A stretch of 63,974 bases of DNA, counting the filler, from Piptocephalis cylindrospora (Eukaryota), in the NCBI GenBank assembly GCA_003614145.1. It is 4 parts of 4 records of this genome, joined end to end, with 100 filler letters (N's around TTAATTAATTAA, not from the genome) between each part and the next. Parts side by side here need not be neighbours in the genome. Positions count along the whole stretch, not along the records: positions 48,563 to 63,974 come from KZ987898.1; 3 more parts are not named here. One strand, given 5' to 3'. Both the position numbers and the translations under genes were made by a program. The notes beneath the pieces are model-generated. The model did not search any database, was not told the origin of the DNA, and saw only the letters and a program-made list of their open reading frames with translations. Shown here piece by piece: positions 61,501 through 63,974 of the stretch; within the stretch, counting starts at the first letter, position 1; each line of letters begins with the position of its first letter.

Positions 61501-63687
61501 TGGACCTTTCCACTCCACCGCTGGGCTCGACATGGAGGCTGATGAAAGGCCACGTCGTCTACCCCCCTTCATCCCACCACCCTCCTGAAAATCCTTGAAT
61601 TGAGCGGTCTCGGGCTTAATGGCCGGCGTTACCGCGCTACTCTCTGAGGCCGAGATGACCAGCCCTGGCCTCAAGGATCGAGGATCCATCTCCTTGTCCT
61701 CCTTTCCTTGACCCTCTCCTTTCTTCTCCTCTGTCTCTACCTCCTTGTTCTGCGTCTCCTGCGTCAGCTGCTCTCTCTCAGCTTCATGCTTCTCTCCTTC
61801 CTCTTTCTCAGCTTCATCCCTCTCCTCTTCCTCTTTCTCAGTTTCATCCTTCTTCCCTTCCTCCTTCTCAGCTTCATCCTTCTTCCCTTCCTCCTTCTCA
61901 GCCTCATCTCTCTTCTCTCCCTCCTTTCCAGCCCCGTCCTTCTTCTCAGCGTCGTCGCCGTCGCCCTCAGACTCCTCCTTTCGAGTGCCAGTAGCATCGG
62001 GAACCACATTAGGGCCCTTAGCGACACCCTTTTCCCCATCCTCCTCGGCCAGCTCGGCTTGGAGAACCAACGCCTCGGAATAACAGGTGGGGAGGAAGGT
62101 CTTTAGGGTACGCATCTTACGTACATGGCCCTTGAGACGGTCTCGAAAGACGCTACAAAGGGTGTCGACGGCCCGACGGTCAGCCTCCAGGGTCAGGACG
62201 AGACGTAGGTGATGCCAGGTGGTAACGGCAATGGCAAACCCCGCGTGTCTCCCCACCACCCTCTCCACTCGTCGGACCGTGTAATGGGGAAGGGTGAAGA
62301 GGGCTTCGGCCCGGGGAACGGTGGAGCGAAAGGCCAAGTAGGTGTCGGCCACGTAAAGCCTACCTCGGTATACACCATCATCGGCCGATAGGGTGAGGAC
62401 GGCCTCGCACGTATCAATGACACGTTCGGTGTGGGGGAGACGGAAGGCGGTTTGAAACTCGGCATTTCGCTTCTCCGCCTCAATGCTCTGTTTCAGGGTG
62501 ACCGTGGGTCTAGAGTAACCACCCTCCTTCTCCTCATCCCCTGCCACAAAGACCATAGTGCTCGATGGGCCTGAGGAGGAGGGTGAGGCCGAGGAGGATG
62601 AGGATGAGACGGTAGAAATAGAAGGAGAGGAGGAGGCTCCAGGGGCGACATCGGGGCCCCGATGGCGTAAGAGGCGCTGTGCAGCCGAATTGACCATGGA
62701 GACGAGTAGGTCATAGGCTTCATCCCGATGAAAAAGATTGGAGAAGAAGTAAGAGCGATTGGCCTTATCAAGGACGCGGATGGCATCGTTAACCAATCCA
62801 CGCTTGCTTCGCTCTCTGGAGAGATCCTGAATATCCTTGTATTCCAGAGTCACTTTCGTCTCTACCCCCAGGATAAAGGCGTAAAAGGCCAGTCGATGTT
62901 CCGATAAGTACATCCACCCTTGATTACTGATAGTTTGACATGCACAGGAATAATCTATGAGGATGAGATGAGGATAGGATAGGGTGTGAGATGGGGTCGA
63001 CCCTGCCTTCCATTATTGATGCAGAAAAAGAAAAACGCACAGTTTACCAGCCGTTCAGAGGGAGGGAGGTCAAAGGTCTGACGAAAAGCATGAGCAGCTT
63101 GCCGGAACTTCTCATCTCCTTCAGTGGTCCCATCCACAGAGGGGGCCTCGGCCAAGGCAGCCTCCTGAACAAGGGCACGTATCTTTGCCAGGCCAAACTC
63201 CTCCCTTTCCCATACATCATCCAGCTGAGTGAGGCCCTCGTTCATGTGATCTAACATCCAGGGTGGATGAGATAAAGGGTCAGGGGTCAGTGTTCAGGGA
63301 ATAAACACGCTTCGCATCCCAGAGGAATGAAGTGTTCCAATGCGTACATACCACGACACCAGCCCCAAGGCTTTTCGATCGCGGCCTGAGTATCGGCAAC
63401 AGCAATGATATGTTGCCGGAAATACTCTCCTCCTGGGGAGAAGAGGAGACGGAAAGAGAGTTGCTTGGCGTCGAATCTACATTCATGGTACAAAGGATAA
63501 GATGAGCACATCTTTGCAGTCCCCCCCTCTCCCACGCGTCATCCACTCACACGTTCTGGATGGTGCCAAGGAAAGATTTTAGGGCGGAACCCGAGGTCTT
63601 GGACCTCTGGACGACAAAGAACCCCGTGCTGGACCCAACATTTTCCCAAAAGGCGCTGGGTTCACACACGGACGGGGTAGTGAACAT
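58599..63687 (-). CDS. GRAM-GRAM-TBC-EF-hand Rab GTPase-activating protein (Mdr1/Gyp2, TBC1D8/9 family)
   Basis: GRAM GWMYLSEHRLAFY, TBC IEKDLNRS and GYCQAMN, EF-hand DSNDDGYLS. Start MFTTPS at 63687. A last exon is inferred via the intron 58661-58748. Confidence 0.92.
61770..61925 (-). repeat. Coding 30-nt tandem repeat (EKEEGKKDEA-like, about 5 copies)
   Basis: Repeated ctcagcttcatccttcttcccttcctcctt-type units. Confidence 0.85.
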
Positions 63688-63974
63688 GCTTCTTTCCGAG
63701 ACCAAGGTGGTTGGGGAAGGAAGGGAGAAAAGAAAGAGGGAGAGAAGAAGTGTGGCAAGTGATGCAGGGGGTGTGAGGTGCTGTCGAGGCGTGTAGAGCA
63801 AGTAACAAAAAAGGTGGCAAGAGAGGGAGGGAGAAGGATACCGTGAAGGGTCAAGGGGGGGGGGGGGGAGAGGGGGGGGGGGAGGGGGGGAAGGGGGTGG
63901 GGCAAAGCCCCCCAAGCGGGAGGGGGGGGGGGACGGGGATAAACCCCCGGAGGGGGGGGGGGCGGGGGGGCCCC

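Noticed and set aside
63850..63974. Extreme G-rich tract (G-quadruplex-like)
   Set aside because: Irregular homopolymers, probably near a contig end, so likely a sequencing artefact.
1..63974. CRISPR arrays, rRNA or prokaryotic operons
   Set aside because: None seen; the DNA is eukaryotic with spliceosomal introns.

Overview
Eukaryotic, intron-rich, gene-dense DNA with short GT-AG introns. The gene content (GRP94, YY1-like factor, UPF0187 bestrophins, ILV3, ARO8-like) points to a non-Dikarya, early-diverging fungus; this is an inference and the species cannot be named from the sequence. The window is not contiguous: it is four contigs of about 16 kb joined by 100-bp N44-TTAATTAATTAA-N44 linkers, apparently sorted by length. 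About 20 protein genes are recognisable: AAGAB/p34, HSF-type factor, Nudix hydrolase, two bestrophins, ILV3, F-box, PP2A-A, ING-PHD, alpha/beta hydrolase, METTL16, two SAM methyltransferases, aminotransferase, YY1/Iec1-like, GRP94, C2/MUN, GRAM-TBC and two orphan secreted proteins. The most notable observations are: (1) two non-coding inverted-repeat elements on different contigs that share GCCCA...TGGGC termini and each have a 4-bp flanking direct repeat, suggesting a MITE/foldback family, plus a third truncated inverted repeat; (2) a decayed L1/Tx1-type retrotransposon tail next to a tRNA-derived SINE-like head; (3) a YY1/Pho-like protein with a REPO-like motif and only two zinc fingers; (4) candidate secreted effectors, one ricin-B-like and one with an eh1-like motif; (5) a GRP94 whose HDEL lies out of frame.
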